Shown: positions 1 to 11,169, counted from the first letter of the stretch. The stretch is 64,000 nt of DNA from an uncultured Brevinematales bacterium (GCA_964475465.1 CAYYXA010000005.1:5202-69201), one strand, 5' to 3'. Numbers and translations are program-made. The notes: generated by a model from the letters alone, not told the origin.

Positions 1-1330
1 CCTCCTGCGTTCGCTTTGAAATGAAATAGTAAAACAGCTCTCTCACATCCTTAGAGAACCACTCAACAACTTCTCTTTCTAATGACATGGATTCGTACTT
101 CTTCCGCAGTTCATCAATATTTGTATTAGCAAGCTCAACAATAATTTCGCCAACAATCCTATAGGCGTCTCTAAAACTCAGCCCATACTTTTTCATCACT
201 TCTACGGCTACGTCAACAGAAAATATACTTTTGTCCATCACCTTGAATACCCTCTCAGAATCAAATTCAATTCCACCTATTGCCACCTTGAAAACATCTA
301 CTATTTCATGTGCCTCCTCTAACGCATCCATTATAAGATATTTTGTCTCTTGGAGATCCCTACTGTACCCAGAAGTTAAAGAGAAGCTTATGTTCTTAAG
401 CTCCAACGAATACGTAAAGAAAACCTTTGATTTTGCCCTTATGATCTCAAAAACATCAGGATTTTTCTTATGTGGCATTACACTACTACCTGTCGTTATC
501 GAAGAATCAAGCTTAATAACCTTCAATTCATCCGACGAGAAAAAAATTATATCATTCACAAATCTAACAATATCACCAATTAGATAAGAAAGAGTGTCTA
601 CTATCAAACTTTCATACTTACCTCTTGTATTTTGAGCATAGAGACTATTAACTAAAACAACGTTAAAACCCAACAATTCTTTGGTATACTCTCTATCTAA
701 CTCCAGTGGAAAACCATAGCCGGCAACCGAACCTAATGGACTCTTATCAATAATATTGCAAGAATTTCTTATTATGTCCCTGCTGTCCTCTATAGCTTCA
801 ATGAGAGATTCAACCCAAAAGCTAGCAGTCATAGGCATAGCCTGACGGCTATGCGTATAACCAATCATAGGAACCTTTCTTTCTTTTAACTTGTTTGACA
901 AAGTAATCAGTTCTTTCAGCAAGTCATCAATACTCCTTATTATCTCTTTCAGCTTATCCTTTTCGTATAACCTAAGAGCTGTAAGAACCTGATCATTCCT
1001 ACTTCTACCAGTATGAATTTTCTTTCCTAAGTCCCCCAATCTAGAAACTAAATAATTTTCAATGTACGTATGTATGTCTTCGTCCTCGATTTTCAGTGTT
1101 GGTGGCTCCTTCTCAAATTTTTTCCCCAAAAACTCCAATTCAGACAAAACCTTTACCGTCTCCTCATCACTTAGAACACCTATTTTGTTTAGCATTTTGA
1201 CGTGAGCGATCGTACCCTTAACATCGTAAATAGCAAGCTTTGAATCGTAAATATAGTCTTTCCCCACACTAAATCTTTCAACTAAATCATTCAGCGAATT
1301 GTGTCCTCTCTTTTCCCAAAGCTTCATAAC
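1..1330 (-). CDS. argH: Argininosuccinate lyase; the 3' end (C-terminus) runs off the window start. ATG at ~1328 on the minus strand.
   Basis: Hand translation of the minus strand gives MKLWEKRGHNSLNDLVERFSVGKDYIYDSKLAIYDVKGTIAHVKMLN... It contains the fumarate-lyase signature GSSVMPHKKNPD and typical ASL blocks (TGRSRNDQV). No minus-strand stop occurs down to position 1. The ORF track omitted it because it is edge-truncated. Confidence 0.8.
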
Positions 1331-1636
1331 TTTCTAATTGTATTAGATAATAAAACTCTCTTTCTATTTCTAAGCATTTCTAAAAGATCCCAATCAAAGT
1401 AAAACACACCAATCATTGCACTTAACAGCACTTTATACCACTTTAAAAGAAATTTCTAGAAAAACTCAAAGACATAGGAATGTTACACACACCGACTCAA
1501 ACATGGCGTAAAGAATCATCAAAATGTCCTTCATATCACCCTCTTAACAAATCACCTATAGAGTCTACTTCACATACCTTGAACCTAGACTTGAAATCTT
1601 TGCCATCAAGTTTTTCAATAACTCCAATACACACTT

Positions 1637-4621
1637 TCACTGAAAAAGTCTATAAAGCTCAGGCTGAATAGGTGGAAACTCTATACCTATACTCTTCTTA
1701 GACTTAACTTCAAACATTACATAAGGTTCAAAAAACGCAACGTTTTTTATCTCATCTTTGTATAACCTAACGCCCCCACCTATAGTAGCAAACCAATCGT
1801 AGAGGTCATAACTCAAAGAGATAGTTAAACCCTGATTCTTAAAGTTTGTTCTTCTGAGAGCGTTTATATCAAAAACATTAAAAGCATCTATTATATCCAT
1901 TACGAGGTCAACATACTCTGAATTATACCTCTGAGCATACTCCTTTACATATTTGAAAAGCTTTCTATTAACAACAGAAGTACTAATTGCAAAACTCCAG
2001 TACTCATTTATCATACCACCAAAAGAAAGATTTAATGTAAAAATGTTATTTATAGGGTTAAAGTAGTCAAAGTTGAAAGAATAATTTATATTCACATAAC
2101 TCACCTTGTCTAAAAGTGGCTTTAAGCTTATATCTCTGATAGACAATCCTCCACCTATCGACAAAGCAGCAGGCAAAAAAACTATATTTTCGTTGGAAAT
2201 ATCTATTTTATACCTTATAGTATAATTCAAAAGGGGGCCAAAAGAGATGGACACGCCTATAGGATTACTTATCTTGTTAGTCCAATAGTACTTTTCATTA
2301 ATATACTTATACTCACTTTTTAGGTAAACAAAGTTATAGCTAAAACCTGTTGTCGAAATGTAGATATTATCGAAACCTATAAAATTAAGAAAACTATTGG
2401 ACAACGTACTTAACTTCAACAACCTTAAGTTAGCCGACAAGGATACAGAATTTACAGTAACATCATCAATATAAGGGTCATCAATAGGATTATCAAATTT
2501 AGGTCTAGTTAATCTATACGAAAACGAATGGGAAATACCGAACGAAGGAGAAATCTGAAAAATGCTGGAGTCAAAAAACGTTTTAGAAAAATTCAAAGAA
2601 CTATTAACACTCATAGATGAGTAAGTCTTTAAGTCATCTTCTTTCTTCTTTAGCGGATTCGGCGACCTACTCCACTGAGAGTTGTTAACTATACTGATGT
2701 CCGAACCTAATGAAAGCAAATTGTTCATCAAAGAAGAATTCACAGAGATACCTACACTTTCTTTATGGCTAAATGAATCCTCCAAAGGCAAACCATCCTC
2801 AATTCTATAGGTAGATGAAGGAGTAAATGAAAACGAAGCATTAGGAGAAAGAGAAAGCGAAAACAAACTAAAAATGTTTGTTTTAGGAATACTTTTTGTC
2901 TCTACTGCCCGGTTTGCCGCAACATTCGTCGTAACCTTAGAAACCACATTCGTGTCAATAGTTAAATTTGTAACAACTACAGAAACATAATTGGTCTCAA
3001 AAACTCCGTTAGAAACTTCTGAAATATTGGTTATGTAATTTGTTGAAACGACAAAAAGATCCGACAAAAATCTATCAACTTTCCTAGAAATTTCATTTGT
3101 TCTTGAAATAACCACTTCACCCTTACCTTCTTCAGCCAAAAACTTAATTTCGTTCACGTACACATTAGTTCTTTCAACCTTATATGACAGGAAATTGCCA
3201 ATTGAAACGTTATATAAAATTTTTGGCCCCTCTATCCTCTGTAAATCATATCTATAATAAGAATTATCGTACCTATTCGTTTTTGTATCTATAACCACAA
3301 CACCAAAAGAATTTGTGTTTGTAGTACTATAACCAGACCTAAGCTGATAAATCCAATCAATCCCTAAGCTGAAGGATGATATACCATAACTGAAACCCAA
3401 TCTTACATTTCTATTAACATACTGCTTAGCACTTGGTGTAGACCAAAAGTAGTTTTGGTAAGGGAAAACTAGCTTCTCAACATCCAGCTTTTCTCTTCTG
3501 TAAATAAACTTATTAGGTAGAAATGGATCGTTCAAATCTTCCCAATAAGTACTAAGTGAAATCCCCGAAATATTATAAGATGCATTAAGAGTGTAGTGCC
3601 AACCAAAAGTTCTATACTCCCTATAATCCCCCTTACCGTACTGATCTATGAAATTTACAATTCTTCCACCCACCTCTTCAAACTTCTTGTCGTACTCCAA
3701 ATTAATAATACCATTAAGACTCAAATTCGATATAACATTTATAGAAGGAAGCTCAAATCCTAGATATTCACCAAGTTTTTCATACGTATCAAACTTGATT
3801 TTCATTCTAGGGAAAACCTTCTCACCAAACCAGTTCTTTGGATAAAACGTATTCTGAATATAAAAACCTACCTTACTTTCAACACCTATATCACTTAAGA
3901 TATCAGTATACCTATACAGCTGAAAATAAACGGGAAAGTATAGAAAAGAAGCTACACCTAAATAGTAGGTGTTATTCAGAGTTAACAGGTAATCATCCTT
4001 ATAGTACCAAACTCTATAGGCATTAATCACATAGTGAGGCATTAAGATATCACTCTTCGTGAAAGAAACATTTTGAAAGAAGTACCTATCATTACCAAAT
4101 TGAATCATTACATCGGCGTAGTAGTATTGATCATCTATTCTAGTTCTTGCATTGTAAAAAGTAACAATTCCTGAACTGAGGTCATAGAAAAACTTTTCGC
4201 CAGTATATATATCACTCCCACTCAAAAAAACAACATTACCAGCACCAGAAATTTCTTTGATATCCCTATCAACAATAAATATTGAAATTTCATTACAACT
4301 AAGTCTCTTATCCCTATAAAGGAAAGTACCTCCCCTTAGCTGAACAACATACACATTAGAATATGCTCTAATTTCAATGCTATCAAAACTAGAGATAAGT
4401 ATATATTTGTTTAAATCGACTTTAGACAAAGGTATAATGTCTTCAGATTTAGCAAAAATCACTGGAGGATTAGAAAAGTTCGTTTTCACTAAATCAGTAT
4501 TTCGTAACTCTATGTTAGTCGCAAAAATATTAGTCTCTGGCAAAGAATACCCTTCAAAACATCCAACAAATAGGATAAATATCGAAACCGATGAAACAAA
4601 AATGTTTCTAAAAACAGACAT
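1637..4621 (-). CDS. Large (994 aa) outer-membrane beta-barrel protein with an N-terminal OstA/LptA-like beta-jellyroll domain. LptD-like.
   Basis: N-terminal signal/TM segment followed by an OstA-like N-domain (ISGAGNVVFLSGSDIYTGEKFFYDLSSGIVTF). The very long C-terminal region is Tyr/Asn/Ser-rich with alternating beta-strand patterns, typical of large beta-barrels. Confidence 0.5.
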   Translation of the reverse strand: MSVFRNIFVSSVSIFILFVGCFEGYSLPETNIFATNIELRNTDLVKTNFSNPPVIFAKSEDIIPLSKVDLNKYILISSFDSIEIRAYSNVYVVQLRGGTFLYRDKRLSCNEISIFIVDRDIKEISGAGNVVFLSGSDIYTGEKFFYDLSSGIVTFYNARTRIDDQYYYADVMIQFGNDRYFFQNVSFTKSDILMPHYVINAYRVWYYKDDYLLTLNNTYYLGVASFLYFPVYFQLYRYTDILSDIGVESKVGFYIQNTFYPKNWFGEKVFPRMKIKFDTYEKLGEYLGFELPSINVISNLSLNGIINLEYDKKFEEVGGRIVNFIDQYGKGDYREYRTFGWHYTLNASYNISGISLSTYWEDLNDPFLPNKFIYRREKLDVEKLVFPYQNYFWSTPSAKQYVNRNVRLGFSYGISSFSLGIDWIYQLRSGYSTTNTNSFGVVVIDTKTNRYDNSYYRYDLQRIEGPKILYNVSIGNFLSYKVERTNVYVNEIKFLAEEGKGEVVISRTNEISRKVDRFLSDLFVVSTNYITNISEVSNGVFETNYVSVVVTNLTIDTNVVSKVTTNVAANRAVETKSIPKTNIFSLFSLSLSPNASFSFTPSSTYRIEDGLPLEDSFSHKESVGISVNSSLMNNLLSLGSDISIVNNSQWSRSPNPLKKKEDDLKTYSSMSVNSSLNFSKTFFDSSIFQISPSFGISHSFSYRLTRPKFDNPIDDPYIDDVTVNSVSLSANLRLLKLSTLSNSFLNFIGFDNIYISTTGFSYNFVYLKSEYKYINEKYYWTNKISNPIGVSISFGPLLNYTIRYKIDISNENIVFLPAALSIGGGLSIRDISLKPLLDKVSYVNINYSFNFDYFNPINNIFTLNLSFGGMINEYWSFAISTSVVNRKLFKYVKEYAQRYNSEYVDLVMDIIDAFNVFDINALRRTNFKNQGLTISLSYDLYDWFATIGGGVRLYKDEIKNVAFFEPYVMFEVKSKKSIGIEFPPIQPELYRLFQ

Positions 4622-5084
4622 TTACGTAAATTATTACAGATTTTTTTATAATTTTTCACTTTATAAAGATTCTCAAGAAACTCAACATAATTTTTGCGTG
4701 CTCTCTCAATCAAGAAACTACAATCATCAACCACTCTATTCATCGAAGAAAGCTTCATCCTCCAACACCAAAGAAGCAAAGTTAAGCAAGGGAATGCCAA
4801 CTAGCATAAGCCCCTTCTAGAACATCTCACTACTTAACATAACTACTACTACTAATAGCTTTCACTACATCCAGAATTCTAAGAGAAAGCAACACTTAAG
4901 AAACTACTGTTAAACACTCAGAAATCTTAGCTTTTCAACATCTTTTACAAGCTTCCGAGCACCTGAAAATCCGGAAGATAAGTATCAAAATTGTATACTC
5001 ACAAAAATACTCTCTTCCTGGAAAACAAATTTTTTTTAAAAGGCAATCTCTGCCAGGCTAAAGTAGAATCACCCAGTAGTGATC

Positions 5085-5816
5085 TTACGAAAAGTTCTTT
5101 ATTACAAGAATTTCATCAAAGTTTTTCTCTTGCCTTAGCTTCGTAATTTCCGTTCTTGTTGTCTCTAGAATAGCCATAAAAGAAGCTATCACAGAGTGTA
5201 TATCTTTCGAAAGTAGTGCTATCTGAGAGAATGGAATAACTGGACTTACAGAAAGAAGTCTTTTTAATTCTTCTATCTTTTCACCTACCGAAACTTCATC
5301 TCTTTTTATAACTATTTTTCTGTCTCTATTCATGTTTATAAAGTACTTGACAGCTACTTTAAGTATATCTTCAACATCATATTTCTTTGATTCACTATAG
5401 CTGACATGCCTTATCTTCAAACCTTCTTTTTTAGAGAGGAATTTTTTCCTCTCAGACATTCTCCTCTTCAATATATCTCTTATTTCCCTAATCTCTTTAA
5501 TCACCTCAAGCTGACTAAGTAGTTCCTGAGTATCACTTTCAATTTCTTCATCTTCTTCCGTTGAACCCACAAGAGCCTTTGTTTTAAGGTAAAGCAATAT
5601 TGTAGCAACTCTAAGAAATTCAGCTAATGTAGTTATATCAGGTTTGTACTTTTTAGAATATTCCATGAACTGGTCCACTATCTTTATCAATGATATCCTC
5701 GTTATATCCAACTTGTTTTTGGTAATCAGAGTCAAAAGAAGCCCCAAAGGTCCCTCAAACTCATCCAGCTTGAAAGTAATTTCTAAGTCTTCGAATGAGC
5801 TCTGTAGAGGAAACAT
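5085..5816 (-). CDS. scpA: Segregation and condensation protein A (kleisin).
   Basis: Conserved ScpA N-terminal block LDEFEGPLGLLLTLI. Size of 243 aa is typical. No adjacent scpB. Confidence 0.75.
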   Translation of the reverse strand: MFPLQSSFEDLEITFKLDEFEGPLGLLLTLITKNKLDITRISLIKIVDQFMEYSKKYKPDITTLAEFLRVATILLYLKTKALVGSTEEDEEIESDTQELLSQLEVIKEIREIRDILKRRMSERKKFLSKKEGLKIRHVSYSESKKYDVEDILKVAVKYFINMNRDRKIVIKRDEVSVGEKIEELKRLLSVSPVIPFSQIALLSKDIHSVIASFMAILETTRTEITKLRQEKNFDEILVIKNFS

Positions 5817-5955
5817 AATAAAATGTTAACTTTCAATTTTACCTAATTACAAGTTTCGAGGGAACTCAATCTCTCGGAGTCCCTAATAAGAGTTTTAAAG
5901 CTTTTTTATAACCATTGATCATGTAATCTAACACCAAGTAAGTGTCAATCAGAAT

Positions 5956-7365
5956 TCATACCAATTTATTGAAAGAATACTTCTTTCTCTCTATATAAAC
6001 CACAAATGATATTACCAACAACAAGGAGAATATAAGTACTAATTCATAGAACCTAAATTTTATCTGCGGAACAAAAACTTCAGCAATAATTGAATAAGCT
6101 CCAGCAATAGCCAAAGAAAATATCAATATCAACTTACCAACACTAGAAAAAGAAATCTTTTCTTTTATATTTATAAAAATCAAGGAAGCCAAAATAAAAG
6201 GAGTGATGGTGTTCGAAAATATCTTATAAGCAACCATAAGCGTAGAGATAATATCTTCCCCGTAAAGTGCTACAATGAGACTAATTGCTATAGAAACTAT
6301 GGAAAAAGTTCTTACAAATAGCAAAGACAACAATCTTTCTTTGACTTTCTCATTTTTCACAATGTTAAAGAGGATATCCTTAACGAGAAGTGCAGTGACA
6401 GTAACAAGAATTATGTCAGCACCGGAAAGAGGTATAGACACCAAAAACACTATCATAAGTGGCTTAATCCACTCTGGCAACGAGCTAAGTGAAATTTCCA
6501 ATATCACTTTATCAGGATTTGCAATACTACCCAAATAGTACTTAGAAACTATTCCCAACAACACTATAAGCGTAGCTATAATCAAAATGAGAATGGAAGA
6601 GATAACCAAAGAAAACCTAACTGTCCTTTCAGAGTTCGACGAAAATATCCTAGAATATATATCAGGGCCAAAAAGATACGACAGGAAAACAGCAATAAAC
6701 AAGGAAAACCAAAAATCAAAGGTAAACTTATCATCAAACGAAAACGTTATACTTCCCAACTCCCTAACCTCTTCTAAACGTACCTTACCCAAAATAGCAA
6801 ACAACAAGACAAATATAGCAATTACCATCAAAAGAACTTGAAGAAATCCTGTTCTCATTGTTCCTACTTGACCATATAAAACAGTATACCCTGCAAACAA
6901 AACAGTAAAGACAACATACCCAACAATCTTATTGCCACCAAACAAATATGAAGCTATATTACCACCTGCAATTATCTGGCCAGCTAAAACCGAAAGCCAA
7001 GCAATAAAAAGTATGACACTAACCAAAACCTTTACTTCTACACCAAAAACCTTTTCTACTACGTCAGATATAGTTATACCTTTAACCTCATAAATAGCCT
7101 TAGAGAAAAAAGCTGAGAGAACTAATAACCCCAAAACCCCTGGTATTATCCACCACAAAGCATTCCACCCAAACTTGTATCCCCAACCAGCAAGTCCAAA
7201 AACCGAAGAAGCTCCAAAAACTAACGCCACTATAGACATACTAACTTCAAATATTCCACCACTCCTATTAAAAACAAAATAGTGAGATAACGAAAACTTA
7301 TTCCTCAAAACATACAAAAAAACGACCAAAAACAACAAAACAAAGTAAAAAATTACATATATCAT
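5956..7365 (-). CDS. Polytopic membrane transporter, sodium:solute symporter (SSF)-like.
   Basis: About 12-13 predicted TM helices over 469 aa, with Gly-rich helices (GLAGWGYKFGWNALWW, AGQIIAGGNIASYLFGG) resembling the SSF family. Family assignment is tentative. Confidence 0.5.
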   Translation of the reverse strand: MIYVIFYFVLLFLVVFLYVLRNKFSLSHYFVFNRSGGIFEVSMSIVALVFGASSVFGLAGWGYKFGWNALWWIIPGVLGLLVLSAFFSKAIYEVKGITISDVVEKVFGVEVKVLVSVILFIAWLSVLAGQIIAGGNIASYLFGGNKIVGYVVFTVLFAGYTVLYGQVGTMRTGFLQVLLMVIAIFVLLFAILGKVRLEEVRELGSITFSFDDKFTFDFWFSLFIAVFLSYLFGPDIYSRIFSSNSERTVRFSLVISSILILIIATLIVLLGIVSKYYLGSIANPDKVILEISLSSLPEWIKPLMIVFLVSIPLSGADIILVTVTALLVKDILFNIVKNEKVKERLLSLLFVRTFSIVSIAISLIVALYGEDIISTLMVAYKIFSNTITPFILASLIFINIKEKISFSSVGKLILIFSLAIAGAYSIIAEVFVPQIKFRFYELVLIFSLLLVISFVVYIERKKYSFNKLV

Positions 7366-7670
7366 AAGTAAACATTTTTAAATGATATGTTTACACATTT
7401 TCAAAATATATCTTGAAGGATTCGATGGAATCTACTTTGTTTTAATTTCTGGGATACCCTATACCGAAATTCTACACATCTCAAAGGTTTTGTATTTCTC
7501 TACTAAAGCATTATGAACAATTGTAATATTTCTCTCTTAATTCCTTCACAAGGTACTTTCGATTTAGCAGAAAGCTTAACTAAAAGCACTCAAAGCAAAG
7601 AATTATCTAAGCAGTGCATGTTCGAACCAACTAACTAGACAGAAATTATCAAGTAAAAATTTATCACAGA

Positions 7671-7691
7671 GAGGCTTCGCCTCGCTGGTAA
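7671..7691 (-). terminator. Hairpin terminator after the trxB/redoxin transcription unit.
   Basis: Stem CAGAGAGGC-TTC-GCCTCGCTG (one mismatch), followed on the minus strand by a U-rich run (UGAUAAAUUUUUAC). Lies 33 nt downstream of the redoxin stop. Confidence 0.5.
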
Positions 7692-7723
7692 AAATTCTAG
7701 AAAGTATCAATTAACAAAAATAG

Positions 7724-8266
7724 TTACTTATTTGTAACCTTTGGTAAATACTTTTTGATCACATACTCAAAGCTTTCAAATGTCCTTGCTCCTATTACTC
7801 TCTCAACTATTTTACCCTCAGTGTTTATAACAAACGTAGTTGGTATTGATGAAATACCACCATAGAGATAAGCTATTTCACCGTATCCATCCCAAATTAT
7901 GGGGTAGTTGAATTTGTGCTCTTTATAGTTCTTGACACTATTTAGACTTCTGTCCAGAGAGACACCAACTATTTGTATCTTATCCTTATAGACCTCTTGA
8001 AGTCGTACAAGTTCTGGTATTTCAAATCTACAAGGTGGACACCATGTAGCCCAAAAGTTAACGATTATTACCTTTTCACCAAGGTAATCAGCTAAGTCTA
8101 CTTTATTACCTTTTATATCTTTAGCTGAGAATATAAACGCTGGCAACTCTCTTTTACTTTTCTTACCTTCAATCTTCTCATCTGCTATCAAATAAGTTGA
8201 TAAAGAAGTGAACAATAAAGTAACAAAAATCAGTAATATAACTCTAAAACCTTGTAGCTTTCTCAT
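7724..8266 (-). CDS. Secreted TlpA/ResA-like thiol-disulfide oxidoreductase (redoxin family).
   Basis: N-terminal signal peptide and the thioredoxin-fold active site WATWCPPCRFEIPEL. Confidence 0.8.
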   Translation of the reverse strand: MRKLQGFRVILLIFVTLLFTSLSTYLIADEKIEGKKSKRELPAFIFSAKDIKGNKVDLADYLGEKVIIVNFWATWCPPCRFEIPELVRLQEVYKDKIQIVGVSLDRSLNSVKNYKEHKFNYPIIWDGYGEIAYLYGGISSIPTTFVINTEGKIVERVIGARTFESFEYVIKKYLPKVTNK

Positions 8267-8269
8267 ATT

Positions 8270-9262
8270 TTATCCCACCGATATTTTTTGTTTTAGTTTA
8301 TCGACATATTTTTCTGCTGCTACTGCTGCTATCGCTCCATCTGCTGCAGCTGTTATTGCCTGTCTCAGGAATTTTGAGGTACAATCTCCTGCTGCAAAAA
8401 CTCCCGGTATATTAGTACTCATATCATAGAGATTAACTTTAATATAACCATATTCATCCTTTTCCAAATCTTCGAACATCTGGGTATTCGGAACCATACC
8501 GATAAAGATGAAAACACCGTCAGTTTTCACTTCACTAACTTCTCCAGTTTGAACATTCTTTATCTTCACAGCCTCAACTTTCTCATCACCTATAATTTCT
8601 TCCACAACAGAGTTGAATATAAACCTAAATTTGGGATTAGCAAAAACCCTCTCTTGTAAAATCTTTTCAGCTCTAAAAGAATCTCTCCTATGGATAATAG
8701 TGATACTTTTAGCAAAGTTTGCTAAGAAAAGCCCCTCATCAAGAGCAGTATTACCACCACCAACCACTACAACATCCTTATCCTTAAAGAAAGCAGCATC
8801 ACAAGTAGCACAAAAAGAAACCCCCCTACCTATAAACTTCTCCTCTCCCGGTACCCCTAGTTTCTTATAATCCGCACCTGTAGCAATTATAACACTGTAC
8901 GTTTTCAGCTCTTTGCCATTAGCCAACTTAACTACTTTCACTTCATCTCTTAAATTAACTTCCTTCACCTCGTCAAGAATAACCTTAAGTCCATGCTTCC
9001 TAGCTTGCTCCTCTAACCTAAGCCCTAATTCATAACCATTTATCTCTGGAATTCCCGGATAATTCTCAACTACACTCGTTGTGGCAATCTGCCCACCAGG
9101 TCCCAACTTTTCAATCAAAACTGCATTCATTCTAGCTCTTGAAGCATAAATTCCTGCAGAAAAACCAGCAACCCCACCACCTATTATAACAACATCGAAT
9201 ACATCATCATAGTTCACAGCATCTTTCTTAGGCTTACTTAAATTCATAATAGTTATGTCCAT
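8270..9262 (-). CDS. trxB: Thioredoxin-disulfide reductase.
   Basis: FAD site VIIGGGVAGFSAG, redox-active CATCDAAFF motif, and NADPH site VVVVGGGNTALDEG. Confidence 0.9.
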   Translation of the reverse strand: MDITIMNLSKPKKDAVNYDDVFDVVIIGGGVAGFSAGIYASRARMNAVLIEKLGPGGQIATTSVVENYPGIPEINGYELGLRLEEQARKHGLKVILDEVKEVNLRDEVKVVKLANGKELKTYSVIIATGADYKKLGVPGEEKFIGRGVSFCATCDAAFFKDKDVVVVGGGNTALDEGLFLANFAKSITIIHRRDSFRAEKILQERVFANPKFRFIFNSVVEEIIGDEKVEAVKIKNVQTGEVSEVKTDGVFIFIGMVPNTQMFEDLEKDEYGYIKVNLYDMSTNIPGVFAAGDCTSKFLRQAITAAADGAIAAVAAEKYVDKLKQKISVG

Positions 9263-9514
9263 ATACTCCCCCCGTGTATTTTACAAATATACAAAAGTTA
9301 AAAAATTTTTTCAACAGCTAAACATTACGTTTGCCTTTAATACATCTCAAAGGCAATTACTTAAACTAACTTTAACTAAAGCTTATATACAGACCAGAAG
9401 ATATGTGAAAAATAAACCTTGTTTATCTTTCAAGTCAATTCATAGGCAAAAACACAGAACATGACCAAAAAATATTTGACTAGAGTATTTTTGTTTGTTT
9501 ATCTTTAAGAAGGA

Positions 9515-10159
9515 ATGGATGAACTTATAAGAGTTGAAATTGATGACATAATAATGACCAACACAGGTTTCGCAATGGTTTTTATTGATAGGGAAAAAGA
9601 AAGAGTGCTACCTATATTTATTGGCCCATTTGAAGCAAACGGTATTCTCATGAAACTCCAAGGTGTTTCCTTCCCCAGACCTCTAACCTACGATCTGATA
9701 AAGAATATCATTGAAATGATGCAAGGCTACGTTGAAAAAGTTGTCATAAACGATCTCAGGGAAGGAACTTTTTACGCAACTTTGTACATAGCAACCAATG
9801 ACCAAGTCCTGGAAATAGATTCAAGGCCAAGTGATGCGGTAGCAATATGCGTAAGATTCGGTGCTCCCATATATGTTACGGAAAAAGTTATGGCGATATC
9901 TTCTATTCCACTTGAAGAATATAACAGCAAAAGAAGTCTTAAATCCCAAGAACAAGAACTTGAAGAAGAAATCTCAAAAGAAAAAGAAGAAACAAAATCA
10001 TATCAAATAAAAGAAGAGAAAACAAGACAGCAAGCAAAGAAAAAAGAAGTCTTGATAGAAGAACTTAAAAAAGAACTAGAAAAAGCCGTAAACGAAGAGA
10101 GGTTTGAAGACGCAGCCAAAATAAGAGACGAAATAAAGAAACTGACAGAGGAACTATAA
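9515..10159 (+). CDS. Bifunctional nuclease (BFN/DUF151) domain protein with a C-terminal UVR motif.
   Basis: N-terminal DUF151-like block (IDSRPSDAVAICVRFGAPIYV). C-terminal Glu/Lys-rich coiled segment ending in a UvrB/UvrC-type motif (ERFEDAAKIRDEIKKL). Confidence 0.6.
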   Translation: MDELIRVEIDDIIMTNTGFAMVFIDREKERVLPIFIGPFEANGILMKLQGVSFPRPLTYDLIKNIIEMMQGYVEKVVINDLREGTFYATLYIATNDQVLEIDSRPSDAVAICVRFGAPIYVTEKVMAISSIPLEEYNSKRSLKSQEQELEEEISKEKEETKSYQIKEEKTRQQAKKKEVLIEELKKELEKAVNEERFEDAAKIRDEIKKLTEEL

Positions 10160-10600
10160 CCTCTCTATAAGTTCTCTTACAACCTTTTTAGCCTCAGGTA
10201 GTGCTTTTAAAACAACATCAGATATTTTTTCTTCGAACGCCTGAATGGTCTCAACTGAAATACCAACTATTACTACCTTCTTTCCTTCAAGAAATCCCAT
10301 TTTCTTAGCCACTTCTATAGCAAAAGGAACTTCAAATCCATGTGATGAAATAGGCTTTAGATACTTTGGATAAGATTCTGAATCGACAATGAAAACTTTA
10401 CCAGGCTCATCAGCTAGCACAGCATCAACTATTATCATCTTATCGGTATCCTCAGATAAATATATAATCCTAGAAGGGTCATTAGTAGTTATAAACTCAA
10501 TCCCATCGGAATCCATTTCCCTTGAAAGTTCTTCTACTACTTTTATACCTATGTAATCGTCACCACCTAAAGCATGCCCGACACCTATTACACGTATCAT
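10154..10600 (-). CDS. Hydrogenase maturation endopeptidase-like protein (HycI/HoxW, peptidase A31 family).
   Basis: N-terminal GVGHALGGDDYIG matches the GxGNxxxxDDGxG metal-binding motif. A conserved His lies near the C-terminus (SSHGFEV). 148 aa. Overlaps the upstream gene by 4 bp. Confidence 0.5.
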   Translation of the reverse strand: MIRVIGVGHALGGDDYIGIKVVEELSREMDSDGIEFITTNDPSRIIYLSEDTDKMIIVDAVLADEPGKVFIVDSESYPKYLKPISSHGFEVPFAIEVAKKMGFLEGKKVVIVGISVETIQAFEEKISDVVLKALPEAKKVVRELIERL

Positions 10601-11169
10601 AACTTAGCAAAAAGCTCATACCCAACCTTTGCAGCATTCTGATTAAGCAGAACTAGATTATATCTCCCCTTTTGCCCAAAGAACTTTTCTATCGCCTTCA
10701 ATAAGTTCTCAAAAGGGTAGAGATCAGTAATTCCTAAGAGAGCTCCCAACACCACCATATTAGCGAATCTAACATCTCCAAGTTCTAAAGCTAACCTATT
10801 AGCATCCACCGAAAAAACCTTTATATCATCTCTTTTCGGAGGATTGTTCACAAGAGATTTATTATATATCAAAAATCCACCTTTCTCAACCCAAGACTCA
10901 AATTTATTCACAGAAGGCTGATTCATACACACAACAATGTTAGGAGACTGTGTAACTGGCGAAGCAACTTCCTCATCATCTATGACAACCGTACAATTAG
11001 AAGTCCCCCCCCTTTGCTCAGCACCATACGAAGGGAAAAAGGTAGGATACTTACCACTAAACATAGCACCGTAACTGAGCACCATTCCTGCTGAAAGCAC
11101 TCCCTGTCCACCAAAACCAGATATTATTATTCTGTTATCCACAGTTTCCTCCTCAGCTAAAAGCATCAA
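10597..11169 (-). CDS. 2-oxoacid:ferredoxin oxidoreductase gamma-subunit family protein. A second, orphan copy.
   Basis: ISGFGGQGVLSAGMVLSYGA matches the gamma-subunit/CoA-binding fold of the POR/VOR/KOR family. 190 aa. No alpha, beta or delta partners are adjacent. Confidence 0.65.
   Translation of the reverse strand: MMLLAEEETVDNRIIISGFGGQGVLSAGMVLSYGAMFSGKYPTFFPSYGAEQRGGTSNCTVVIDDEEVASPVTQSPNIVVCMNQPSVNKFESWVEKGGFLIYNKSLVNNPPKRDDIKVFSVDANRLALELGDVRFANMVVLGALLGITDLYPFENLLKAIEKFFGQKGRYNLVLLNQNAAKVGYELFAKL

Noticed and set aside
231-587. Plus-strand 118-aa ORF.
   Set aside because: Lies entirely antisense within the well-supported argH reading frame. Low-complexity Ser/Ile-rich translation. 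No RBS.
4377-4820. Plus-strand 147-aa ORF and minus-strand 96-aa ORF at the 5' end of the LptD-like gene.
   Set aside because: Overlap the long LptD-like ORF and its upstream region. No motifs. Typical spurious AT-rich ORFs.
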